A stretch of 63,553 nucleotides of DNA, counting the filler, from Thelocarpon superellum (taxonomy: Eukaryota), in assembly GCA_026025795.1 (NCBI GenBank). It is 2 parts of 2 records of this genome, joined end to end, with 100 filler letters (N's around TTAATTAATTAA, not from the genome) between each part and the next. Parts side by side here need not be neighbours in the genome. Positions count along the whole stretch, not along the records: positions 1 to 31,752 come from JAPEUG010000189.1; 1 more part is not named here. The stretch is one strand, 5' to 3'. This document shows, piece by piece, positions 1 through 11,946 of the stretch. Position numbers and translations under genes: made by a program. Within the stretch, counting starts at the first letter, position 1, and each line of letters starts with the position of its first letter. Below the pieces are notes generated by a model. The model did not search any database. It was not told where the DNA came from and saw only the letters and a list, made by a program, of their open reading frames with translations.

Positions 1-265
1 AGAATAAATTGAACGGACCAAGAACAGTGGATGAGTACGAAATAGGAACTTTCTCTCCTGGTACATGTTTATGGATTCAAGGAAATCATTAGTGACCAAG
101 GAATGAAAACAAATGAAGATGGAAAAGATTTTGCAAGTTTGACGGTGCTGCTTTGCTATGCGACCTCCATGCCCCAGGGGGGTGGTTACGGATGACACAA
201 GGCCGGTTCAAGGGACCAGGCTGTCTTTTTGTCCCAGTAAGAGGCCATGGGGGTCCGCCGTAGTG
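1..265. mobile_element. Possible right end of a CACTA/CMC-type DNA transposon, truncated by the window edge
   Basis: The tract is AT-rich relative to the window and ends in ...GGGGGTCCGCCGTAGTG at 265. Its reverse complement starts CACTACGG, a CACTA-type terminus. No second TIR or transposase is visible. Confidence 0.3.
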
Positions 266-949
266 AAATCACTAGTAGTTACTAGTAATTGGTACGGTAA
301 GATGGTAGCGCATCTTGGTTCAAAGTTGTCCCAACGAGTATTTACGCTCGTAGTAGCAAGACTCCTTGCCTTGCGAGCACCCGGTGGAGACTTTCCTCGT
401 ACGGGACAGGGGCAGGGACACCTGCGCGGTCCACTGCACCTTCGCTTGCATGATGGAGGGAGAGCCGAGCGTCATAGGAGTGCCATCCGGGTACCACATC
501 TCGACTCATGCAAAATCTGCACCTCGTGCACTTCATGCACCTCCTGCACTTCTCACAAGTCCAGCAGCAACGGCCACATCCAAGGACAATTCCTGATCTA
601 CTGTGTAGGAGGATGAGGATAGGATGAGCACGCATCTGAAGCGTGCACGCAACCCGGGGCGCCTCTCTAGCTCGCCATCGGTCGCGATGTGCCCCCAATT
701 CCAATTCCAACATGAGACGAGAACTCGCGCTGCGCCCGTGCCGGGCGCACCCATCCAACGGCATACTCGTGGTCATGAATGAGTCCAGCAATTCCGAAAT
801 CCAGAGGTTCCACGAGTCTAACCGGACCCTGTGTCATGATACAACGCGTGCGCCGGGGAATGCCATGATGCTCCTGTTCCTGTTTCCAGTCCCAACCACC
901 TCCAAGTACTCGTACACGGCGGGGCGCAGCGAGGCCCGTCTGGCTGGCC

Positions 950-2875
950 CTAGCCCCGCGTGCCCACGGAGTCGTAGCCCGACATGGATCGCGTCGCGGG
1001 CGCCAGTGGATATCCACCCCCGGCCACGGGCACGCTGCGGGGCGGCGAGGGCGAGGCCGAGTGGTTCCCCGTGCCCGTGCTGGCCGCCAACGACCGTGTG
1101 TGGCTACTCTCGCGTTTCCGCTTGGGCGCGTCCTTGACCTTGAGATGCGTGTGACACTGGCGGTCCGGGTCAGTACGCGGCCGGCTGAGAATAGGGGCGC
1201 TGCCTGCCGGGGACATACCTTGTACGCGTGCCGGAACCACGTCGTCCCCTTCTTCTTGCTGCTGACCAGCGCCACCCACTCGTTGCAGCTGCCGCACAGG
1301 CCCTCCCACACGTCCGGGTTGCCGTCCATGCGCCGCGTGTCCTGCGGCTCCTGGAACTGCGCGCCCGTCGCCGCGCTGACGCCGTGCGAGAAGGACTTGT
1401 CATACCAGAAGGCCGAGTTCTTGAGCACCAGCCAGCGGCCGGGCTTGCAGATGCCGCACCAGCCCTCGCGCTTGTTGCCGTGCCCGCGCACCCAGCGGGG
1501 CGTGTAGAGGTCACCCTCGAATCGCAGCTCCTGCTCGTGCGGCACCAGGTCGGGGTTGGACGGATGCATGTCCTCCTCCGGCGGCGGGTTCTGCTTCTCC
1601 TGCAGCGACGCGAACAGGTCCGGCGGGTCTGACAGGTCCGCGTACCGGTAGCGGTGGTGGCTGATCGGGTCCGCGTTGCTCTGCAGCATGCGGAAGATGC
1701 CGTGCGACATCATCGGCTGCCCGTTGCTGTCCACGTGCTGGTGCGGCTCGGCGTAGGGGAGGCCGTTGTTGGGGTACTGCGACAGCGGCCGGTAGATCTG
1801 CTGGTTGCCGTACGGGCCGTAGCTGTACGGCAGCTCGTTGCTCTGCAGCGGCGGCGGCGACGGATAGCTCGAGCTGTACCCGCCCGTCGTGGCGAAGCGT
1901 TGCTGTCGCTTGTACACCAGCGGCGACCACTGCCGCGCCGGCGTCGAGGCCGACGACTCGGGGGACCAGTGCTGCCGCCGCTGCTCTAGCGAGTAGGGGG
2001 CGAAGCGGGAGTTGGACGTCGCGCTCGCGTGCGACGATGACGACGGCCGCGTGGGGTAGCTCCCGGCGCGCGCGCGGGTCACCGCCCGCGGCGGCGTCAC
2101 CTGCATCGACGGGTGCGGCGTCACGGACGAGTTGAGCGTGGTCGAGGGATGGTTGAGGCCCTCGCGGGACTGCAGGTCCGACGCCTCGGGAGTGGAGTGG
2201 TACGTTGACGAGAAATCCTCGTACGCCAGGTTCTCGCCTACCGGCCCGTTGCTCGACACCGACGACGACGAGCCGGAGAACTGCCGCGAGTGTGCGTGCA
2301 TCACCCCCGTCGTGTTCTCCTCCACCCCGGACGGGATGCGGAGGTCAAGGATGCTCTCGTTGTTGATGGCGTACGACGGGCTGTTGCCGTGCATGCCGCC
2401 CACGAAGCTGTCGAGGTCGAGCGCATCATCGTGCTTGTGGCCCCACGCCCCCGTCTCGTGCGGGCCGTAGGCGAAACAGTCCGTCGGCGCCGAGAGCGGG
2501 CGCGCCAGCTGCTGCGCGTGCGACGGCTTGAGGTGCTCCGAGCTCCACGGCGTCATCGGTTGCGCCTCCTCGGGAAAGGGGTAGCCGCCGTGGCCGTCAT
2601 AGCCCCCCGTCGCCGGCACCGAGCTCGGCGCGCGACTTCGCTCGTCCCCCGTCGCGCCGGGCCACATGTTGATGCCCAGCGGACTGGAGATCATCGGGTG
2701 GTTGGGCGTGCCGGCGTCGGTGGCGGCGGCTGCGGGGTAGGGCTGCGGATCTTGGGGATCGGGATAGGTGGCGGTGTTGCTCTCGCGGTGATATCTGGAC
2801 ACGACGTCAGCATCAGCGCCCACCGGTGCTGCGGTCGGTGGGTCCGACTCACGAGGTCGTTTGGGCCGACTGCAT
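950..2875 (-). CDS. Rua1_C/DUF4451-domain putative transcription regulator
   Basis: ATG 2875 (MQSAQTTS); intron 2795-2852 (GTGAGT..CTGAC..CAG) joins the long ORF in frame. Conserved C-terminal block DLYTPRWVRGHGNKREGWCGICKPGRWLVLKNSAFWYDKSFSHG...WFRHAYK. Intron 1157-1218 (GTATGT..CAG) leads to CHTH...stop at 950. Confidence 0.8.
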
Positions 2876-5800
2876 CTTGCCCGCGGGGTAGGAAGGAAAG
2901 ACGGATGGAGGAGCAAGAGAAGGACGGAGGAGCTTGGTCAAAAGAAAAGGGTCTACCGTGGCGAGGACGTCAGCATCTCGGGCGAGCAATGATAAACGAA
3001 CGGCGGCAGGAAATTGGCGGCGACTTGAAGGATCTGATATGGGCAAGAACAGGCGTGGTGCTAGGCTGGCCGGCCTTACCGTTGGGAGTGCCGAGCCGGA
3101 ATTAGCAACGCTGCGTGATGCGCATAGACGTTGCGATCGCGAGAGGAACTCAGCCACGACAGGAAGGCAAAGTTTCTGAAACACACGTGGACGTTGTGGT
3201 GGTGGGCGCACGATCTCGAGCGGTCAATGCGAGCGAGCGAGGAAGCGAACGAGGGGTGAGAGACTGGCACGCCGAAGAGGACCAGCTCTCGACGGAAAGC
3301 GTAGACGGCGGTCGGTGGAGGAGGAGGAGGGGGAGGGGGGCAAGAACGAACGGAAGGAAGATATTATTCACCGCGCGGCGGGGGTGATGATTACAATAAG
3401 GTGTAAGGGACGACGGACGACGGGCGCGGTCGAGAGGAACGGAGCGAGGGTGATGGGTCGACGAGGATAATAAGGACGCGGCCTCATGGTGGCCTGTCAC
3501 GCGGAGCTCCGCGATGGAGGTTGAGATGTCGTTGGAGACTCGTCGAGGAGACGATGAGACCGGTGCTGCTCAAAGACAAGTAGCACCAGCGACTCGTCCA
3601 CATCCAGGTTTCGAGAGGCGTCGCACATGGCCGGAGCCTGGCGGCCAGGAGCGGCGACCCCGCTGCATCGCACAGGGCAGCGTGACCGCCGCGCACCATG
3701 ATTGGCCGACCCGGGGGCGCTGGGGGAGCGAGAGCCAATGGCGGCCCCTCGCCGCCTGAAGCGGATGGCCGTGGCCAGGGGGGAAGTCAAAAAAGGTGCG
3801 GCGTGTGGTCTACGCTCCCACCGTGACTTGGATCGTCGACGTGGTCCTGGAGGAGACCGAGCCTGGCCACGGTGGCGCGAGGGTGGGGTGGGGGAGGAGT
3901 GGCGTGGGAGGATGTGCCGACCCCCCAGGGAGAACCTTGCCGATGGAAGGGATGCAGAAGCGGACGATCGCCGCGGCTAGAATCGTGGTCATCATGACGC
4001 TACCCATCATGCCTCGACGGGCGGCGGGCGCTGTGGGGCGCCTGGCAGGTGGCCTGCATCGGGCATAGGCGTGCTCCCTGCACGAGTCTCAAGGGTGGGC
4101 CGGCTGCACGAGTCCCGACAGGTGGAGCGCGACGACGTTCGACGCCGCGACCAGGAGGGCGTTGCGTTCATGCTCATCGGTCCATCAGCCTACGAGCGGC
4201 AATCCGCGGGAGGTTAGAGGAGATGGGGGAGGGGGTGGTGGAGGGCGATGGAGGGCGATGGCGGGGGCGAGGGGACGGCGGATGAAAGCCCCGACCGATG
4301 GGGAAATCAGACGGTCGTGAGACGTGGACGGGTTGCGGATAAGTACCGTGTCACGGTGAGAGAGCCAGGCTCGCGCGTGGTCGACGCCAGGGCCGTATAG
4401 ACTTTAGAGGATCGGCGCTGGCTCGAGCCCGAAGACCGTTAGATCCCGATACTCCCCATCAGGGCCAGGCTGGCCCCAGGCGCTGCTCATTGGCCGTCGT
4501 CGCCAACCCTGCCCACTGAACCCTGGCCATCTCGCTGGCCTCCGCCAACTCCGCACAAGCACGAGCGATGGTCGGGTTTGGGAATCCGATGCGTCCTAGC
4601 GACGAGTACCCCATCTCGCATCTGGCAGGCTGAGGTCACCGACGTCCACCGATGTCGAACAGGACACCGGGCTTACCTAATCTTGACCGCCCTCCAGACT
4701 TTCGGACAGCTTGACGCAACCTAATTTTGGTCGTAGGGTCCATCTGCGACCGGGACTGCGGCGGACATCCTCGCACACCGGATGGCCGCCACCCCTACGC
4801 CCACCCTCGCCCCGTCTAAGAATAACTGTGACGGGACCCTGGACGCGATCGCGCCCAGTTTCAGCGCAGTGAACGGTCGGTCGCGATGGTAGCAGCCAGG
4901 GTTGTGCAACGGCGCATCATGGAATGCGCCTTGGCAGTCGCCGTGGTGGGTTAGGCCCAATGTCGGCCTGGACCAATGTCGCGGCTGGAGGCCTGGCCGA
5001 GGAATCGTTCCCGCCTACGGATCCCAACCGGTCGCGCACGGACTACATCACTCCCACCGATGCTGCATGAGCATGACCTTGCTTGGTCGGAACGCTCCCG
5101 GGGACACCTCATGCTCGTCCCGATACTGACACTTGCGCCACGGCCGACGCCCTTGGGCCTCGGAATAGATGATACGGGGATGGCGGCTAGTCTGGAACGG
5201 GTGCCAGAGTTATTCTCGTTCCTCCGAGCCTCATCGCGCTCCCCGCCGTGGCACGGCCATGGGCCAATCCGCGGTGACGGCGACGTGGCCACCTGGCGAC
5301 GATCGAATGATACGGCGCCAGGGAGGCGCACGTTTCATCGCTGCACCTACCCGGGCGATCTCCCATCGCGCTGGGAGATCTCCTCACACCCTGGCCTTCT
5401 AGAAATTGTGCGGCGGTGCGTCACCGCCGAGGGGCTACCTTGGCCGGCCGGACGTCGCAGGTCGAGCACCACCACCACATTGGTCTCTAGTGGTCTGGGA
5501 GGTCGATCCCTACCTAGAGCGGGGGCAGCCCACGCTTGCGCCACCCCACCGAATGATTCGAAACGGAGCATGTCGTTTCGACACGCTCGAGGTCACTTGC
5601 GCCTGGCCCGGGCTACTTGAGCTGGCGAGCTCGGGAGATGAGAGGGCGGGGAACGCTGCAGAGGACTCGGTGCGTCGGCGAGGTCCGCCCAAAGTATCAT
5701 TCAGCCCTGGGAACCGGGGATCGGGGATGTGGGATCCGCATGGATGCCCGGACGGCCCGGAGATTATCTCCCACCCCCGGCCGGCAGCTGACTGTGGCCT

Positions 5801-6454
5801 TGTCTGGTGTTGTGCGTGCCACCCTTGGCGGCATGGTGTCCTGCTTCTCTCCCATCTAGGCCTGAGACGGAGGATGGGTCGTCATCAGAAGATTTTGACG
5901 ACGACAACGACGACGACGAACGGGACACTGACCACCACGACACCGCCAGGACCAGGACCATACCACCGACCCCAGCTCCAGCATATTGGCGACTCGGGAC
6001 GAACGAGCCGACATTCCTGGGTGGGGACTGTCAGGTTTATGCATCCAATCATACGAGGGAGCCGGCCACCATGTCCGTCACCATGTTCAGCCGCAAGACC
6101 TCCACTACGCCATGACACACCCTACCCGGCCACGCCAAACCGCACACCAAACAACACGCCCAGGCAGACGCCCCTGCCCGCGCACTTACCTACGCTACAA
6201 GGAGCGAGCTGTGCCAGCGGAGGGCGCCTCGGCTCCACTAGATCCTCACCACCAGGACCAATGATTTGACATCGTTCAAGAGGATGCGAGCGGTCCAATC
6301 GGTGGCGAAGGCCGAGGCGAAGGTGGACGGTGGTCCCCCCCAGGATGGGAACCGATGGAGTCGCCACGCCACTCTCATCTCGATCCTGATATGCGAGCGA
6401 ATGAGGGAATCCCGGCGTCGGTGCAGGAGCAAAGTGCCAGGTGGGGTATCTTAT

Positions 6455-6506
6455 CGTCTCGTCTCGTCTCTTCTCGTCTCGTCTCGTTTCTTCTCGTCTC
6501 TTCGTC
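6455..6506. repeat. Degenerate (TCGTC)n microsatellite
   Basis: tcgtctcgtctcgtctcttctcgtctcgtctcgtttcttctcgtctcttcgtc. Confidence 0.8.
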
Positions 6507-6992
6507 ATCTCGACGTCTGCCCACATGTACGTGTCGGTGGGGGTGCGAGCGAGTGGGCCTGACTCACGTGTGAGGGGGCAAATGCACCGCCGATCAGCAA
6601 TCCGCCCCACGGCCAGGCAGCAAGGGGAGATGAGGAAGGGAGAGAAAGGCAAGTCGAAGCGGTGGATGCACCAGCCTCTGCCCCAGCCAGCGTGGTGGAG
6701 ATGAGGGGGTTTCGAGAGTACAGGCTCTTCCGTGAGGGTGACGGTGTACCACCTGTTGGAAATGAGCTGTATGATTGGCTGGAGCCATGTGCCAGTGTAC
6801 TCTCGTATCCTATGCCACCACCACACTTCATCAGCTTGGTGTATGAATCCATACACCACGGAAGAGCAGAGCTCCGCAGCATACTACTCAAGTAGTAGTA
6901 CACATTCCGTGAACCTTGACCCGCTCGCTCCAAGCCAATTCAACCAGGCCAATATGACATGCTTCACGGACACTGCCAGCCGGCAAACCGGC

Positions 6993-7838
6993 CTAAAGCA
7001 AGTCTACATGAATGCGACCACCGGCCGAATGAATGTCAATCGTGCTCCCAGGCCCAGCCGCTTCCGCTGCAGGCGTGGCCGATTCGCGGAGTGCGACTAC
7101 GACCTTCATGCCCTTCTCATCCCGCTCATGCAGCAGCAGCTTGACGCCGTGGCCGGCGACACCGATGGGCGTCTCAGGCCTCGCGTGCACTGTGACTTTG
7201 CCCTCCCAGGACGGCGGGGCGGTGAGCACGACGGAGCTCATCACGGCAGTGATGGTCGTGTGGAGTGCACGTAGGGGGTGCACGGGGCGCGCATTGTGGA
7301 TCTGGGCGCGCAGCGGGCCGCCGCGGGCTCCTAACATGAGTTTGGAGGGTGCGGTGGGATCGAGGGCGAACAGTACGGCGTCGATGGAGCCCTGGTAAGC
7401 TTTCAAGCTGGTCGTGGCGCCGATGACGAAGCGGCCGGTGAGGTTGCCGCGGAGGGCCGCGACGAAGGTATGGTATGCGCGCGGCGGGACCCGTGCGAGC
7501 GTGGTGGGAAAGAGCACGTACAGCCCGCCAGACCGCGACGTTGCGGTGAAGTAGGCCGGGTGGTGTGGCAGTGCGTCCGATGCGGCGGGCTGCGGAAGGA
7601 TGACGACGTTGATGCCGCCCGCCTCCGTTTGGAGCGTGAGTCGGTCCAGCAGCTCGTATGTTCCGTGCGTCAGTGCATCGGTCCCTTGGACCATGCGCTC
7701 GCGTGCGGGGTCTTTCACCACACGGGCATGATGCTCGGTGATGGGTCGACCGCGAGGAGGGGGATATGTGGGAAGAGTGATGGACCTTTGTCCTTGAGAT
7801 GGAGACTGTTGGCTGCCTTGTGTTGTTGCATTGTCCAT
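6993..7838 (-). CDS. Intronless uncharacterised protein (~281 aa), possibly adhesin/DUF4097-like beta-repeat fold
   Basis: ATG 7838 (MDNATTQ). Repeating beta-strand/turn units (TEAGGINV, TSRSGGLYV, YQGSIDA, SAGGRIHVDL) and PPSWEGKV resemble fungal SGSI-repeat proteins. Confidence 0.55.
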   Translation of the reverse strand: MDNATTQGSQQSPSQGQRSITLPTYPPPRGRPITEHHARVVKDPARERMVQGTDALTHGTYELLDRLTLQTEAGGINVVILPQPAASDALPHHPAYFTATSRSGGLYVLFPTTLARVPPRAYHTFVAALRGNLTGRFVIGATTSLKAYQGSIDAVLFALDPTAPSKLMLGARGGPLRAQIHNARPVHPLRALHTTITAVMSSVVLTAPPSWEGKVTVHARPETPIGVAGHGVKLLLHERDEKGMKVVVALRESATPAAEAAGPGSTIDIHSAGGRIHVDLL

Positions 7839-8654
7839 TGGAGTTGGTGGGGCTGAATGGAACGGCCGGACCGGGACGAGAAGGGTAATGGCCCGAATGA
7901 TCCGAGTGATCCGATGAAAATGAATGTGGGTGGTAATGAATGACGGGTTCACGACTACAGTAGATGGCTGTGGGATGACAGAAGAATGAACGACGAGAGG
8001 CCGAATGGCGAGGAGGGAGTAAATGGGGGTAAAGGGGAGGTGGACCGAAGGGGAGGGACGCTGTTGACGTGGATGTGGGCCGATCGAGAACAGCGTGACT
8101 GCAAGTAGCCGACACCGACCAGCGTAGGAGGACAGTAGGTGGGCAATGCTGTGCCAGGGGCTACGAGGACTCCCCAGTTGTACGCGGGGCACTTACTCCC
8201 GCCCGAGCCTCCCCGTCCACATCTCGCTAGAACGTGCTCGACACCTCTGTCAGACAGATGATTGTGGAGGATGGGTAGATTATCAGTCTGGCCGTCAAAT
8301 ATCCCCGGCCGTCACCGGACACCGTGCGCGCGGTACATGGTACCCGAATAGGCGCGAGCTCATACTCCGCACGCTCCTTGCGATCGCGATCGCGATCCCC
8401 GCTCTTCGCCCGGCAGCCTCACGCTCTTCATTGACGAGCACGCGCATCACGCTGGAGCCACCGTCCGAGGTGGTGTCAAAAAGATCCGAAGTGACGAAAT
8501 GAGGTGACAAAAGAACTCCATCGCTGATGTGGGGAACTGGAAAGGGACGTAGGAATGGAAAGGGAAATGCAAAGAATGTCGCTCATGGGACCGCCCTCCA
8601 CGCCCATCGCATCACAGCTCCTTTTCGTCCCTTCTCCTCTTCGTCCTACTTGGC

Positions 8655-10226
8655 CTATCCCCAGCCCAGGCCGTCGAGTAATCCTTTGGCTTCCGGCGTC
8701 GACATGGTCGAGACGACCAAGGCCCGCACCTGGGATCCGCGTCGGAGTCGTTGCAGGCCGACGGCCACCTTCCAGCCCTCGCTGTTCTCCAGGATGAAGA
8801 CGTAACGCCGCCCTTCCTGGTCGCGGATGCTGGCGCGGAGGGCGTGCAGATTCTTGAACTCGCCGCTCTGTGATGATGTCGTGTTAGATCTTCTATGCGG
8901 GGGAGCGGAAGCGGACGCAGACGCGGACGCGGACGCGGAACAACGGGTCTTGCACGTGTGTAACAGGGTGTCGAGCAGGGTTTCCATGCCGGCGCTGCTG
9001 GGAGACTTGGCGGCGCGTGTGCCGAGAGCAAATGCAATCGCCGGCTTGCGAGCCTCGGCGGAAAGTGACGAAAGCGGCCGGAAAAGGGGACACCATACCT
9101 CGACAAGCTTCATGGTCCAAGCCTTGACGTCCCATTCGCGCTGTGGCACGCCACGGACGTCGTCATCGATGAACAGTCCTTCCGTCGTGATGCGCAGGAT
9201 CAAGCCATCCGTCACCGAGCCCACGCCTGACACCAGCTGCGCGCTGGGGACGCGGGCCAGGGCGTTGCTGAAGGAGTAGACGGCTTTGATCACAATCTTA
9301 TCCGGGTCTTTGGTGGTGTAGGGCCCGCGGTGGGAGGGCGGTGGCGTCGTGCGTGAGGTGGATTGCGAGGGTGCGTAGGAGGACTCGGAGTACATGGAGG
9401 AATGCGATTTCTCGTCGCGGAGCGGCCGTTTCGGTTTGTCGTAGGGCCGGAAGGAGTATTCGTCGTCTTCCGTGCCGAGGTAGGTGCGCGCCGTGGGCTG
9501 TTGATGCTTCTTGGGCGTCGTCGGCGCCGAGGCCGATCCGCCTCGCCCGCCCTTCTCGCGCTCCGCCCGTTCGCGCGCCTCCTTCTCGCGCGTCTTGGCT
9601 CGTTCCTTGGCCCGGCGCTCGTCCTCCTCTTTCTTCTTGCGCTCCTCCTCTTTCTTCCGTGTGTCCTCTTTGGCCTTTTCCCAGCCGCCTCGCGCGGTCC
9701 CGGTCCCGGTCCCGGTCGCGGTCCCACCAGCGGCGGCGCCCGTCCCGGCACTCGCGCGCTGCCACGTCGACTTGGGTCGTGGGTCGGCCCCCGCGCCCGG
9801 GGCGCCCGTAGAATGGCCGGCGGCGTCGTTGCCGTGGGCATTGCCCCAGGGACCGCCCCAGGTGTTACCGCCCGCCCCGCCGCTTCCAGGCCCATTCCAG
9901 TCCGGTTGGGTCTTCCCCCACGCCCAGCCGGCGGCACCGACGGCGAGCATCAAGACGACGAAACCCGTGCCGCCCGACGACATGACGGCACCGACCGTGT
10001 TTCGTAAGAAGGCCGTAAGCAGCTGCCAGATCAACACCACCGCCACCGTGCAGGCCACGCCGGCGAGAAAGCTGTTGCGGTGGGTCTGCAGCGACGGAAG
10101 GTAGAGGAAGCCGGAGCCGGCGGAGTGTGGAGGGATGACGAAGATGTCGTAGTTGCCGGGGGGCAGGCCCGACGATTTGGCCCCTGCCCCATGCGGTGGG
10201 GGAGGGGGAGGTGGGGGGGGATTCAT
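8655..10226 (-). CDS. Conserved-looking fungal hypothetical membrane protein
   Basis: 523-aa ORF with poly-Pro start, YDIFVIPPHSAGSGFLYLPSL, two hydrophobic segments, a K/E/R coiled coil and a globular C-terminus (GLILRITTEGLFIDDDVRGVPQREWDVKAW). Confidence 0.8.
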   Translation of the reverse strand: MNPPPPPPPPPHGAGAKSSGLPPGNYDIFVIPPHSAGSGFLYLPSLQTHRNSFLAGVACTVAVVLIWQLLTAFLRNTVGAVMSSGGTGFVVLMLAVGAAGWAWGKTQPDWNGPGSGGAGGNTWGGPWGNAHGNDAAGHSTGAPGAGADPRPKSTWQRASAGTGAAAGGTATGTGTGTARGGWEKAKEDTRKKEEERKKKEEDERRAKERAKTREKEARERAEREKGGRGGSASAPTTPKKHQQPTARTYLGTEDDEYSFRPYDKPKRPLRDEKSHSSMYSESSYAPSQSTSRTTPPPSHRGPYTTKDPDKIVIKAVYSFSNALARVPSAQLVSGVGSVTDGLILRITTEGLFIDDDVRGVPQREWDVKAWTMKLVEVWCPLFRPLSSLSAEARKPAIAFALGTRAAKSPSSAGMETLLDTLLHTCKTRCSASASASASASAPPHRRSNTTSSQSGEFKNLHALRASIRDQEGRRYVFILENSEGWKVAVGLQRLRRGSQVRALVVSTMSTPEAKGLLDGLGWG

Positions 10227-11946
10227 GGCGAAGAGAGGATGCTGACGTTGGGTCGCAGGTTGGGGTGGGAGGTGCGATGTCGTGCCGGCTCAAAATTTGA
10301 GATGGTCGGTCGTGCAAACAGGGCGACGGGCGACAGGCGCCCTTTGTGGGATGGCAGACCGCGGTGCGCGGTGAGGGTGCGCCCGGATGGGCCCTATGCC
10401 CGGAGAGGAGGTCTGCGACGCGGTGTGTGCAGCGGTGAACGGTACATCATCGCATCACACCGCGGGACATGGGGCTGCTTGCAATCCAGCGGGCGTCAGC
10501 GCCGCAGTGACAACACACGGCGTCGCGTGGGCGGATAGCGTGGTTGTGATGAGGCTGGCAGCGACGGTGAATGCGAACAGGAGCTTATCCGTCCACGAGG
10601 AACCCGAGATCAGATCGACGAGGGCCAGGGCGGTGGGAGATTAGCGGTGGGCAACGGGAGCAGAACCGGACGATTGTTTGGTCTGGTCGTGTTGTGATAT
10701 CCCATGTGCCCGAGGAGGAGTGGAGAAGCGAGCAGCAAATCCTCCCCAATTGGCCTACTCGTCCACCAGAGGCCGTCCCGCAAGATGGCCGTCCGCTGTC
10801 GCTGTCTACAACTTTCCTCCTGCTGCCAGCCAAAGTACCGCCTCATGTCCATGCGCCCGGCAAGTCTTTGACGCTTGACGCTGGAATCATTCGTGCGTCA
10901 TGCTATGGCCCCTACTCGCACGGTCATGCAGCACAGCGTCGTGGCGTCGAAGAAGGCTCGCATGCCCCCAGCCTCGGCCACGGAACGACGATCATCTAGT
11001 GCGAGGACCCTGCCATCGCACCGTGCCAGTACGAGTAGAACGGTTTTCCCCGTCGCTTACTCTATGTTACGGTACGGAGTTCCCCCGACCGTTGCAGCCC
11101 TCGCAAAGGCTGCATCGTCATGACGGTGGGCGGGAGTGGGCGGGCGGCAGGGTTGACGGGTCCATTGGCCGAGCAAAGATTGGGTGCGCAGGAAACCGGG
11201 CGCATGCATGTGCCACTCGGCCCTCTCCAGTCGAGTGTGGTCGACGATGGCGACGGTGCTGGTACAGAGATAGATGAAGGATTGGCCCACGAGTTGTACG
11301 GTATGATGGGGTAGCCATGTGAGATGTGGTGTCAGACAGGTCGCATTCCTTGCCAAGGACCTGGAAGGTGCGGCGGACGGGCGTGGGCCAAGGCGCAGCG
11401 TGCGAGTGCGAGTACGCGTGCAGCGAGGGATTCAGGGATTCAGGGATGGACCGGACGTTTTCGCGTCGTCACAACAAACAGCGGCCATGTTGATTGGCTA
11501 CCACACTTGACGGCGGACCCACCCCCACCCCCACGTCGATCCTGCCCGACCACGGTTTGCCTTCATAGTATGACGCCACCAGAACTCGAGAGGTGTATTG
11601 GGACATGTCCACCGTGGGCCGTCGTTGATGGGAGGAAGTATCCCTAGTATTTCGCGCCTCGATAGTCTGCCTCAGCCGTGCCATGGTGCAGGGCAGTTCT
11701 ACGGTCCTTTTCTGTGTACCGTCGGACAGTACAAGAACCTCTCGGCCCAACCTGCCCCGTCGGCACCACCTGCATCCTGAGTCGGGCGGAAACCGCTCCC
11801 AAATCAGATAAGCGAACGATGATGGTGGGCGAGCCGGGGTGCTAGTCCCGAACTCTGGAGCTCGTCTACATCATCATTGTGGTCGGGGCCGAGAGAGATA
11901 TTGCCAGTGCCTTCCTCCCCTCCATGGCCGTGCTACACAATTGAAC

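Noticed and set aside
4900..6990. Overlapping plus-strand ORFs with acidic or protein-like patches (e.g. 5807-6115, 6662-6895)
   Set aside because: No recognisable domain or consistent splice model; may be a relic but cannot be supported.
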